A program made the position numbers and the translations under genes. This document shows positions 36,100 to 44,700 of a DNA stretch of 64,000 nucleotides, one piece after another. Position 1 is the first letter of the stretch, and every line of letters begins with the position of its first letter. The stretch lies in assembly GCA_963668425.1 (NCBI GenBank), contig OY764332.1, positions 188,943 to 252,942 of the forward strand, given 5' to 3'. The notes under the pieces were generated by a model. That model was given only the letters and a program-made list of their open reading frames with translations. It made no database searches and had not been told where the DNA came from. The DNA is from Minisyncoccota bacterium. Lineage in GTDB: Bacteria; Patescibacteriota; Minisyncoccia; Phycocordibacterales; JABAAK01.

Positions 36100-37524
36100 T
36101 TACTCATTCTCTGGTTTTTCTTGGTCTGGAGCACATCTATGGTGAGTATGCTGTATCTCAATTTTTATTTTTTCTTTGTTTGCCGGCAGTGTATTGCGCC
36201 ATGCGGGAAATATCTCTGGTGTTGTGTGCTGTGCTACCTGTGAATATTCACTGGTTAGAATGTCTGCGACTTCTTTGCGATTTTTCCCCGCAATATCATC
36301 GGTGAGTAATGCTGTGTCAATGTCCCAGCAGAGATCTGCTGAACCGCTCAGGCGAAAGCTGAACTCTGTTGAAGAAACAATTTTAAATTCATCCCCCTTC
36401 TCAATTTTCACAGAAAAATCTTTTGGCTTAACGCGCGTTGGTGCTGCTGACTGTATTGACGACGGTGTGTATTTTGCCAGCAGTGCGGCAAGTTCTGTTT
36501 CTCTGAATGCTATCGCATGGAGTGTTCCTTTTTCACGAATCATTGCCACGTTGCCATTTTGCTCATCTTCCAAGGACTCAAATTCAATAAATATTCCTTC
36601 TTCAAATACTGTTCGCTTAGTAAGTTGGTTTTCTGCTACTGATTGTGTCAACTCATCGCGAAGATTTTTCTCTATATCTCTTCGTAATTGTTGTCGTATT
36701 TTTGCTTCTTCATCTTGGTCAGGAATAAACCGTTCGCCACTGAAACCACCAACAATTCTACTTGAGGTTACGGCATATGTTTCTGCAAACTCTTTCCATT
36801 TTGCAAGCCCCGGTATAGAGAGTCGCGTACCTTTATTCGGCAAATTAAAGTCATCACCAAAATCATTTGCCTCTATTTTTACTTCTTTGCTGCCTGGCAC
36901 AAATGTACCTCCTGTTGTTTTGCCTCCTGGAATAATGTGTTTTCCGATGAGGCGATATATCTTGCCGTTTTCAGATTGTAGTCGTGTGCGATTGATCAAA
37001 TCCAAGCTTTCACCAGAAGGGTTGACATTGTACAGTAGTACAGTGCCCTCTGCTCGTGTATTTTGTCGCTCTCGTGTCCCATTTGTTATTGGTGCTTCTT
37101 GTGTGACATCAAACGCACCAAGTCGTTGATATGAGATATCTTTTGATTGTGCCGGTTCACGAACTGCATGGAATACTCCATCTACAGAAACTTCAGCGCT
37201 GGAAAGTATTATGTCCAATCGTGCTGTTGCAAATACTGTTGTCAGTAAGAATACTACAATGATTGCAAGCAGTGTGAAGAATATTGCTGCTTTTTTTCCG
37301 GCGTTGGATTTTTTTCCTCGTTTCGGTTGTTTTTGAGCAGTCCTTACACTGATATTACTTTTTTTTCTTGCCTTTACTGACCGTCTTTTTTTTATGCCTG
37401 ATCGTGAAGTGGCTCCACGTAAACCAGATCGCTCAATGGCGTGCAGATTCTTATTTTCTTCTTCATTTTCATTTTCTTCATTTGATTTCATCTCTTCGTT
37501 TTCTTCGTTTATTTCTTCTTCCAT
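36100..37524 (-). CDS. hypothetical membrane-anchored protein (acidic then basic N-terminus, one TM, ~370-aa ectodomain)
   Basis: MEEEINEENEEMKSNEENENEEE..., K/R-rich stretch, TM AAIFFTLLAIIVVFLLTTVFA. No recognisable domain. Confidence 0.6.
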   Translation of the reverse strand: MEEEINEENEEMKSNEENENEEENKNLHAIERSGLRGATSRSGIKKRRSVKARKKSNISVRTAQKQPKRGKKSNAGKKAAIFFTLLAIIVVFLLTTVFATARLDIILSSAEVSVDGVFHAVREPAQSKDISYQRLGAFDVTQEAPITNGTRERQNTRAEGTVLLYNVNPSGESLDLINRTRLQSENGKIYRLIGKHIIPGGKTTGGTFVPGSKEVKIEANDFGDDFNLPNKGTRLSIPGLAKWKEFAETYAVTSSRIVGGFSGERFIPDQDEEAKIRQQLRRDIEKNLRDELTQSVAENQLTKRTVFEEGIFIEFESLEDEQNGNVAMIREKGTLHAIAFRETELAALLAKYTPSSIQSAAPTRVKPKDFSVKIEKGDEFKIVSSTEFSFRLSGSADLCWDIDTALLTDDIAGKNRKEVADILTSEYSQVAQHTTPEIFPAWRNTLPANKEKIKIEIQHTHHRCAPDQEKPENE

Positions 37525-37617
37525 ATATACTTTTTATTATATAGGTAAAATTGCCGTTTGCACACCTGCTGTGGAATATAATTGGGTGATTTTAAGGCAC
37601 TATGCAGCAAAGATGCT

Positions 37618-39762
37618 TTATATATCTACTGTCGCATATGTTGCATTTTCCTGTATAAATGCTTTTCGTGGGGCAACTTCACTACCCATCAACATATCAA
37701 ATGTTCTATCTGCATTTTCAGCGTCTTCTATAGATACTCGTTTGAGCACCCTGTTTTCAATGTTCATAGTAGTGTCTCGTAATTCCTCAAAATTCATTTC
37801 ACCAAGTCCTTTGTACCGTTGCACTGTTGCACCACTTGTGTTTGCCTCTTCTCCATCGGCAGGGCTTGTTTTTTTACTTGCTGTTTTTGTTGTTTTCTTC
37901 TTTACAAACTCTTTAAGTGTTTCATCCCGTTCCTGATCTGAATATACATACCGTACTTCCTTTCCTTTTACTACTTTGTAAAGCGGTGGTTGTGCGAAAT
38001 ATACATTTCCATTATCAATGAGCGGTTTAAAGTGGCGGAAAAACAAAGTCAACAGCAGTGTACGAATGTGTGCTCCATCAACATCTGCATCTGTCGCAAT
38101 AATGATTTTATCATACCGTAATTTTTCTATATCAAATGAGTCACCGATAGAGGTTCCTAATGCGATGGCAAGTGCTTTTATTTCTTCTGAGGACATCATT
38201 CGGTCTATGCGTACCCGCTCTACATTCAGTATTTTACCGCGTAATGGTAATACCGCCTGTATCCTTCTATCTCGCCCTTGCTTTGCCGTACCTCCTGCCG
38301 ACTCTCCCTCAACAATAAATAATTCAGAATCACTTCTATTTCTTGATTGACAATCTGCCAGCTTGCCCGGTAAAGTCATTCCGTCAAATGCGCCTTTTCG
38401 CAAAATACTGTCTTTCACTGCCCGCGCTGCTTTCCGTGCTTGTAGTGCTAATGACACCTTTGTTATAATGTTTCTTGCATCAGCAGGGTGTTCTTCTAAA
38501 AATGTATTGAATGCTTTATTGAACACACTCTGCACAGCTGATCTTGCTTCTACACTTCCTAATTTTGCTTTTGTCTGTCCTTCAAATTGAATTTCTGGTA
38601 ATTTTACTGAGATAATAGCAGTGATGCCTTCAAGCACATCTTCGGCAGTAAAACTGTCGGTATCTTTGGTTAACTTTTTATCTTTTGCGTATGCGTTGAT
38701 AGTTCGTGTTAGTGCGGTCTTAAAGCCGGTTACATGTGTTCCTCCTTCGGCGTTTGGGATGGTGTTTCCGAACGCGAATACCCTTGGTGATATGTCATCT
38801 ACATACTGTAGCGCAACTTCAACTCCGACATCACCAACCTGTTCTTCAATGTAGAAAATGTTTTGGTGTATCGGTTTTTGACGATTGTTGTAGTGTCGTA
38901 CAAATGAGGTTAAACCGCTATCATAGAAAAATGAGTAGGTCGGTGCCTCTGGTAATTCTTCATGTATAAAGAGTGAATCTTCCAGAATGTTTTTTGTTTC
39001 TGCTTGTCGTGCATCAATGATTCGGATATGTAGTGATTTTACCAGAAATGCTTGGTTGCGCATATGGTCTTTGATTCGTTTTGTATCAAATACTTCTCCA
39101 TTAAAATCTGTGCTGGTAAAAATTGATGCGTCCGCGCGAAACTGCACTACTGTCCCCTGTTTGTTTGTGGAGCCGACTTGTTTTACTTTTGCGATTGGTT
39201 TTCCGAGGTGATATTCCTGTTGGAATAATGTTTTTTCCCGATGCACCTTCACCGACACCTCAGTTGAAAGTGCGTTTACAACCGACACACCCACTCCATG
39301 TAATCCGCCAGACACCTTGTATCCTCCGTCACCAAACTTTCCCCCTGCGTGTAGTGTGGTCATGATTGTCTCAAGTGCAGAAACTTTTGTCTTTGGGTGG
39401 GTGTCAGTTGGGATACCTCGTCCATTGTCTGCAACCCGCACCACGTCCTCTGGCAGTAAGGTGATTTCAATCTCGCTTGCGTGCCCTGCCATTGCTTCGT
39501 CTCGTGAATTGTCAAAAACCTCCCAAATTAGATGATACAGACCGTCAACTCCGGTTGTCCCGATATACATCCCGGGTCGCCGTCGTACTGCTTCAAGTCC
39601 TTCTAATACTGTAATATCACTTGCGCTGTATCCATTTTTTTTACTACTGCTTTCGGCAGATGTCTTGTGTGTCGTTTTTTTGACTGCACTTTTCTTTTTG
39701 ATCGCCTTTGTTGTTGGTTTTTTAACTGTTTTTTTGCTGATTACCTTTTTCTTTTTCGGCAT
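37618..39762 (-). CDS. gyrB: DNA gyrase subunit B with Lys-rich N-terminal tail
   Basis: ...ITVLEGLEAVRRRPGMYIG...GGLHGVG..., Toprim EGDSAGG-type LFIVEGESAGGTAKQGRD, and QRYKGLGEM. ATG at 39762 (MPKKKKVISKK...); the ORF extends to a GTG at 39780. Confidence 0.92.
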   Translation of the reverse strand: MPKKKKVISKKTVKKPTTKAIKKKSAVKKTTHKTSAESSSKKNGYSASDITVLEGLEAVRRRPGMYIGTTGVDGLYHLIWEVFDNSRDEAMAGHASEIEITLLPEDVVRVADNGRGIPTDTHPKTKVSALETIMTTLHAGGKFGDGGYKVSGGLHGVGVSVVNALSTEVSVKVHREKTLFQQEYHLGKPIAKVKQVGSTNKQGTVVQFRADASIFTSTDFNGEVFDTKRIKDHMRNQAFLVKSLHIRIIDARQAETKNILEDSLFIHEELPEAPTYSFFYDSGLTSFVRHYNNRQKPIHQNIFYIEEQVGDVGVEVALQYVDDISPRVFAFGNTIPNAEGGTHVTGFKTALTRTINAYAKDKKLTKDTDSFTAEDVLEGITAIISVKLPEIQFEGQTKAKLGSVEARSAVQSVFNKAFNTFLEEHPADARNIITKVSLALQARKAARAVKDSILRKGAFDGMTLPGKLADCQSRNRSDSELFIVEGESAGGTAKQGRDRRIQAVLPLRGKILNVERVRIDRMMSSEEIKALAIALGTSIGDSFDIEKLRYDKIIIATDADVDGAHIRTLLLTLFFRHFKPLIDNGNVYFAQPPLYKVVKGKEVRYVYSDQERDETLKEFVKKKTTKTASKKTSPADGEEANTSGATVQRYKGLGEMNFEELRDTTMNIENRVLKRVSIEDAENADRTFDMLMGSEVAPRKAFIQENATYATVDI

Positions 39763-39782
39763 ATGGTAGGAGTATACCACAT

Positions 39783-40436
39783 TTATAGTTGTACAGTAAT
39801 CTGTACAATTTCATCAGATACTGCATCATCTTTATAAAATTCAGGGTGGTGCTGTACTGGCTTGTTGGTGTTGGTGTCTATGTCTATAATTTCTGCCAGG
39901 ATTCTCTCCTGCTGTGTTTGGTTATTTTTTGCGTCATAGGGTGGGTATCCGTTTAACCACACTACACCGTTGTTGGTTTCTGCTATCTTTGCCATGTAAC
40001 TTATGAGTGTATTACCTGTATTGGCATATCCCTCTTTGTCTCTGATACTAGAGAGTGGGATGGTTATCTCTTGTGTTGTTCCTGGCTCAATTGCGGCGAT
40101 CTCAAACACGTTACTTACACCAGAGGTTTCTGTTAGTAGTGCGATAGTTGCGTACGGATCACCAATTTCGGCGAGCGATTCGTATGCTTTCGGTGGTCGT
40201 GTTCCCAAAAAATTCATAGAGAAGTCGCGATTGTGTACTACAAGCACGCCCGGAGAGATGGAGTATTCGGAGATATTTGCAAAACGAATAACCGGATCGG
40301 ATTCTTGTTGTGTTACTGTTTCGCTGTTGGTAGGGTCAACTTTATATGAAGAGGCATAGTTTGTAAAAAGGTTTGCACCCACGCCGATCACAGAAACCAC
40401 TATAACAACGATGATAAAAATAATCCACTTATTCAT
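39783..40436 (-). CDS. hypothetical membrane-anchored protein, spondin_N-like by eye
   Basis: TM WIIFIIVVIVVSVIGVGANLF. ISPGVLVVHNRDFSMNFLGTRPPKAYESLAEIGDPYATIALL resembles the SPGVxxVH...LAEDGDP pattern of bacterial spondin-N domain proteins. Confidence 0.5.
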   Translation of the reverse strand: MNKWIIFIIVVIVVSVIGVGANLFTNYASSYKVDPTNSETVTQQESDPVIRFANISEYSISPGVLVVHNRDFSMNFLGTRPPKAYESLAEIGDPYATIALLTETSGVSNVFEIAAIEPGTTQEITIPLSSIRDKEGYANTGNTLISYMAKIAETNNGVVWLNGYPPYDAKNNQTQQERILAEIIDIDTNTNKPVQHHPEFYKDDAVSDEIVQITVQL

Positions 40437-40584
40437 ACATACTGATAAGGAACGTTAGTAATGATGTAGTTAGTATATCACATTTTAATTGATCGGATGG
40501 ACTTTTGATACAAGCCCCTGTGCAATAGTAGGTATTGTGTTTGTTTGGTGAGATCTCAGTTTGGTGGATGATTCTGTATCACCA

Positions 40585-41844
40585 TCACCCTATTCTTTCT
40601 TTCGTCTTCCGACATACATCTAAAATAATATGCACGATAATCAGAGCCCCTGTTCCGCTGATTGCGAATATAAAGGTTCCCGTTGTTGAGCCGGTTATCA
40701 TGTATGGCAATGCTGCAACTGCAACTAAAAAGATTGCTGCATATAGCAGGATGTGCTTCAATACCTTGTTAAAGTGTGCTTCGGTTTCCTCTCCTGGACG
40801 TACGCCGGGAATAAATGCTCCCTGGTTTTGCAGATTTTCAGCAATCTTTTTTGTATTGAATACAATCGGCGTATGAAAATAGGTGAAGAATAGGGTGAGT
40901 AGTGCTACTGGTATTGCGTAATAGAAACCGTTTGCCAGCAGCCCGTCTACATGTGCACTTATTGACTGTACTATACCCCATCCCTCAAGATCACTTAGAA
41001 ACTTGAAGCCGTATTGAAAAAATGCCATTACTGTCAGTGCAAAAATGATTGACAATACGCCGATTGGGTTTACTTTAATAGGAATGTAGGTTTTTGCTCG
41101 TCGTTCGCCTGATCCATATCCCATGCCATACCGGGCATAGGTTATCGGTATCGGTCTATCTGCCTCATTCATCCATACCGCAATCATGCAGCCGATCAGA
41201 ATACCAATTGCGCCGAGCACGTATGAAACAATTAATGCCGGTGAGTAGGTTGTTATCATTTGTGTTATTAATGTTGGAATATTTATCACAATGCTGGCGA
41301 ATATAATAAATGATATGCCATTTCCTATGCCAAACTCAGTGATTAATTCTCCAATCCACATTGTCAGTATGGTACCTGCGACAATGAACAACACGCTGAG
41401 TGTGAAATCAGGAATGGGGAGATTTGTGATTGCTCCCTGTGTTTGTAAATAGTAGAGAATACCTATCGCATTTACTGTCGCCACCGGAACGGTAATAATC
41501 CGAGTCCATTGTCCTATTTTTTTTCTGCCGATTTCCCCTTCTTCATGGTAGAGCGAATGTATTTTAGCAGACACCGAAGTTAATAATTGCACCACGATTG
41601 AAACGGTAATGTACGGAAACACGCCGAGCATAGCTATGGAGAAGTTTGATAACCCGCCGCCGGAAAATATATTAAACGCTCCAAGAATTTGGTTTTGATG
41701 TAGTAGAGCACTGATAGTTGATTGATCTATCTGTGGTATCGGCACCGATGCTATTAAACGAAATACTACTAGACCGATGATAACTGCTGCATAGCGTTTT
41801 AACAGTACTGTATCAGAGAAAAAAGATTTGAGTCCCTTAAGCAT
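40585..41844 (-). CDS. secY: preprotein translocase subunit SecY
   Basis: Ten TM segments. ...FNIFSGGGLSNFSIAMLGVFPYITVSIVVQLL... and ...GAFIPGVRPGEETEAHFNKVL... Confidence 0.92.
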   Translation of the reverse strand: MLKGLKSFFSDTVLLKRYAAVIIGLVVFRLIASVPIPQIDQSTISALLHQNQILGAFNIFSGGGLSNFSIAMLGVFPYITVSIVVQLLTSVSAKIHSLYHEEGEIGRKKIGQWTRIITVPVATVNAIGILYYLQTQGAITNLPIPDFTLSVLFIVAGTILTMWIGELITEFGIGNGISFIIFASIVINIPTLITQMITTYSPALIVSYVLGAIGILIGCMIAVWMNEADRPIPITYARYGMGYGSGERRAKTYIPIKVNPIGVLSIIFALTVMAFFQYGFKFLSDLEGWGIVQSISAHVDGLLANGFYYAIPVALLTLFFTYFHTPIVFNTKKIAENLQNQGAFIPGVRPGEETEAHFNKVLKHILLYAAIFLVAVAALPYMITGSTTGTFIFAISGTGALIIVHIILDVCRKTKERIG

Positions 41845-41846
41845 GT

Positions 41847-42284
41847 TTATTGTATTGTACCACCTGCCGCCTCTACCTTTTGTTTTGCGTTTGCTGAAAT
41901 TTTACATTTTTTGAGCGTTATCGGAGTGGTTATGTCTCCACGTGCGACTATCTTTACTGATGGCACACGCCCCTTTACTTTTGTGACAATTTTTCTTTCA
42001 GTCAGTACTTTCGGTGTAATGATACTCTTTTCCTGAAAGTTTTTTTCTAGCACCCCTAAGGTTACACTTCGTACTGCATCCCTGTTCCGCACACCTCGTG
42101 CACGATTTTTGTTGTGACCTCGTCGTTTCGGTATGCGTGCTAATTCATCCCGTATAGCAGGGCGAATGCGTCGCCCTGCGCGTGACCGTTGCCCTTTATT
42201 ACCCCGCCCGGACTTTGCGCCGCGTGCACCACCTCGCCCTATTTTCTTTTTCTTTTTCTTTTTTGTTGAGAGTTCGTGAAGCAT
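41847..42284 (-). CDS. rplO: 50S ribosomal protein L15
   Basis: MLHELSTKKKKKKKIGRGGARGAKSGRGNKGQRSRAG. Start at Met14 of the ORF (42284). Confidence 0.88.
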   Translation of the reverse strand: MLHELSTKKKKKKKIGRGGARGAKSGRGNKGQRSRAGRRIRPAIRDELARIPKRRGHNKNRARGVRNRDAVRSVTLGVLEKNFQEKSIITPKVLTERKIVTKVKGRVPSVKIVARGDITTPITLKKCKISANAKQKVEAAGGTIQ

Positions 42285-42315
42285 ATGCCTTTTAGTATGT
42301 TGCCTGTAGTATATT

Positions 42316-42990
42316 TTACCCATTCATCAACGCGAATGCTTTTAGTGTTGCACGTGCATTATTGAGATGGCACTTGCTTCTGGATTGTATCTTTGCATTC
42401 ATATGTTCAATGCCGGCAAGTTCTGCAATAGTTCGTACCGCACCACCAGCGACAAATCCTCTATTCGGACGAATATGCACTACAGAAGCACAGTACTTAC
42501 CGGTCGCCTCGCTTGGAATACTTTTTTCATCTGTTATTCGCACTTCAATCATATTTTTTTGTGCTTGATTTCTCGCCTTTTCCATAGCTGCTGCCATATC
42601 AATCCCTTTACCGGTACCGATGCCAACCTTGCCTTTCCGATTACCAACTGCTACTGCAACAGACAAGCTGAATCGTCTACCTCCAGCAACCACACGAGAC
42701 ACTCTTCTTGCGGAGAGGACTCGTGTTTCAAATTCTGATTTTGGCTTGTCTCTACCGCGACCTTTTCCAGATCGCCCAAATGCGGATCGTCGTTTTTTTC
42801 CGCGACCGCCTTGACCGCCTTGACCGCCTTTGTTGCCCTCACCTCTTCTTTGTTGCCCTCTCCTGTTTCCACCCCTATCTCTATCACTGTTTTGTGATTT
42901 TTGAGGTTTCTCTTGTGTATCGGCACCACTTCTGCTATCGGTGACACTCTTTGTATCCTGTTGTGGTGTTTGTTTTGTATTTTCTTCCAT
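42316..42990 (-). CDS. rpsE: 30S ribosomal protein S5 with ~85-aa R/G/Q-rich N-terminal extension
   Basis: Core EFETRVLSARRVSRVVAGGRRFSLSVAVAVGNRKGKVGIGTGKGIDMAAAMEKA. The N-terminus contains GGNRRGQQRRGEGNKGGQGGQGGRGKKRR. Confidence 0.9.
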   Translation of the reverse strand: MEENTKQTPQQDTKSVTDSRSGADTQEKPQKSQNSDRDRGGNRRGQQRRGEGNKGGQGGQGGRGKKRRSAFGRSGKGRGRDKPKSEFETRVLSARRVSRVVAGGRRFSLSVAVAVGNRKGKVGIGTGKGIDMAAAMEKARNQAQKNMIEVRITDEKSIPSEATGKYCASVVHIRPNRGFVAGGAVRTIAELAGIEHMNAKIQSRSKCHLNNARATLKAFALMNG

Positions 42991-42992
42991 AG

Positions 42993-43343
42993 TTAAAATT
43001 CTAACCCACCTTCTCGTGCAGCATCAGCAAATGCCTTTACTGAGCCAGTGTACATAAAACCACCCCTGTCAAATACTACTTTTTTTATTTTTTTCTCTTC
43101 TGCCTGATTTGCCAGATTACTACCCATTTGCTTTGCGTTCTCCATTGCACCTTTTTTGTTGCTTTTAAGGGAGGAAATGCCAATGAGTGTTTTGCCGACA
43201 GTGTCATCAATAATTTGTGCATAGAGATGTTTGTTTGAGCGAAAAAATGCGAGGCGTGGTTTCTCCTGCGTTCCGAATATTTTTGCGCGAACTCTGCGGT
43301 GTCGCTGTACTCTCCTCAACATTTTTTTTGCTGTTTGTTTCAT
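42993..43343 (-). CDS. rplR: 50S ribosomal protein L18
   Basis: [37 protein letters not shown]...[27 protein letters not shown]. Confidence 0.9.
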   Translation of the reverse strand: MKQTAKKMLRRVQRHRRVRAKIFGTQEKPRLAFFRSNKHLYAQIIDDTVGKTLIGISSLKSNKKGAMENAKQMGSNLANQAEEKKIKKVVFDRGGFMYTGSVKAFADAAREGGLEF

Positions 43344-43355
43344 ACTTTGTTTTTA

Positions 43356-43898
43356 TTAATCTGCTGTTTCAGCTTTTTTACCCTGTTTTCTTCGTACCAC
43401 CTCACCAACATATCGTATGCCCTTGTCTTTATATGGATCAGGTTTTTTCACCCGTCGTACCTTTGCGGCAAATTGTCCGACTTTTTCTTTGTCAAAACCT
43501 TCAATGGTTATAGTAACATCTTGTACCTGTACCTGCAAACCTTCTGGCACATCAAATACTACTGGGTGTGAAAAGCCGACATGGAGTACCAGTTGCGCCC
43601 CCTTCATTTCGGTTCGGTAGCCGATACCTCGCACCTCCAGTTCTTTTTTATATCCTTCAGTCACACCGGCAATCATATTCTTTGCGTGTGAAGCGTAGGT
43701 ACCCCATAGCTCGTCTGCAAGTCGGGTTTTTGCTTTTTTCTCTACACCTATTTCTTTATCTTTGATAGTGAATGAGATTTCATCCCGCACTTTTCGTGTT
43801 AATTCTCCTTTCGGACCCTTTACAGTTAGCATACCTTCCTGAAAGGCGACCTGCACGCTGTCGGGTATTATTATTTTTTGTGATCCTATTCTTGACAT
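43356..43898 (-). CDS. rplF: 50S ribosomal protein L6
   Basis: MSRIGSQKIIIPDSVQVAFQEGMLTVKGPKGELT...GIGYR...PDPYKDKGIRY. Start at Met6 (43898). Confidence 0.9.
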   Translation of the reverse strand: MSRIGSQKIIIPDSVQVAFQEGMLTVKGPKGELTRKVRDEISFTIKDKEIGVEKKAKTRLADELWGTYASHAKNMIAGVTEGYKKELEVRGIGYRTEMKGAQLVLHVGFSHPVVFDVPEGLQVQVQDVTITIEGFDKEKVGQFAAKVRRVKKPDPYKDKGIRYVGEVVRRKQGKKAETAD

Positions 43899-43906
43899 AC
43901 TAGTAA

Positions 43907-44302
43907 TTACCAAATTGAAAAAAGCACTTCCCCGCCGACATGTCCTTTACGTGCTTCGCCTCCAGTTAGGATTCCTTTTGGCGTTGAAAGAAATAAGGTG
44001 CCGTGATTGTTTCGAATTGGATGAATGTCTTGTACTTTGAGATACACCCGTCGTCCTGGCTTTGAAATTCTTTTCACATCGTTTACTTTATGTCTACCCT
44101 CTTCGTTGTACGCCAAGGTAATAACCAATTGTTTTTTTGTACCGTGTCCCTGTGTTTCAATATTTTCAACATAGTTTGTAACACGCAATTTTTGCGCTAT
44201 GCTGTTTCTTTTTTTTGAATACGGTACTTCAATTTTTTCTTTACGCACCATACCGGCGTTTTTTATTTGGATGATGAGATCCGCGACAATGTCTGTTACC
44301 AT
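43907..44302 (-). CDS. rpsH: 30S ribosomal protein S8
   Basis: [39 protein letters not shown]...GGEVLFSIW. Start at the internal Met (44302). Confidence 0.9.
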   Translation of the reverse strand: MVTDIVADLIIQIKNAGMVRKEKIEVPYSKKRNSIAQKLRVTNYVENIETQGHGTKKQLVITLAYNEEGRHKVNDVKRISKPGRRVYLKVQDIHPIRNNHGTLFLSTPKGILTGGEARKGHVGGEVLFSIW

Positions 44303-44565
44303 GATGATTTCTTTAATCCGGGAATGTATCCTTTCTGCACTTGTTCCCGTACACATATTCGTGATAATCCGAATGCCCGAATGTATCCGCGAGATCGCCC
44401 GGTGATGAAACAACGATTACGCACTCGGACTGGAGAAGCATTCTTCGGTAATTTTTGTAATCCCTCCCAGTCACCTGCTGCCTTGAGCTCTGTCCGTTTT
44501 TTCGCGTATTTTTTTGCTAATCGTATTCTTTTTTGATTACGTGCTATAAGTGATTTTCTTGCCAT
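44296..44565 (-). CDS. rpsN: 30S ribosomal protein S14 (long, non-zinc form)
   Basis: [29 protein letters not shown]...[44 protein letters not shown]. Confidence 0.9.
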   Translation of the reverse strand: MARKSLIARNQKRIRLAKKYAKKRTELKAAGDWEGLQKLPKNASPVRVRNRCFITGRSRGYIRAFGLSRICVREQVQKGYIPGLKKSSW

Positions 44566-44700
44566 ACTTCCTATATAACCGAAGCAATATCACACAACGT
44601 TGTCTTTGTCCAACATTCAGCAATGACATAGGACATAGAAAACCTTGTGGATTAACTCCGTGGTGGTAGTATAGCATACTCTATGCTATGAAAAAGTGTC

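Noticed and set aside
36176-37129. 317-aa plus-strand ORF
   Set aside because: It is antisense to the 474-aa minus-strand ORF. It is Ser-rich and low-complexity, typical of a shadow frame. The minus-strand ORF has a coherent TM-plus-ectodomain organisation.
42362-42947. Several 64-123-aa ORFs in both strands within rpsE
   Set aside because: These are alternative frames of the repetitive R/G/Q-coding region of S5. None has independent support.
44594-44606. 13-mer ACAACGTTGTCTT shared with 52970-52982, both just upstream of minus-strand gene starts (rpsN, comM); considered as a regulator site
   Set aside because: By a rough estimate (about 4e9 position pairs times 4^-13), dozens of exact 13-mer recurrences are expected by chance in 64 kb on both strands. 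There is no further shared context beyond ATCAC nearby.
44671-44690. 8-bp AT-rich hairpin ATAGCATA-ctc-TATGCTAT after the stop of the 44701 gene, as a terminator
   Set aside because: The stem is weak with a 3-nt loop, and no T-tract follows it on the minus strand.
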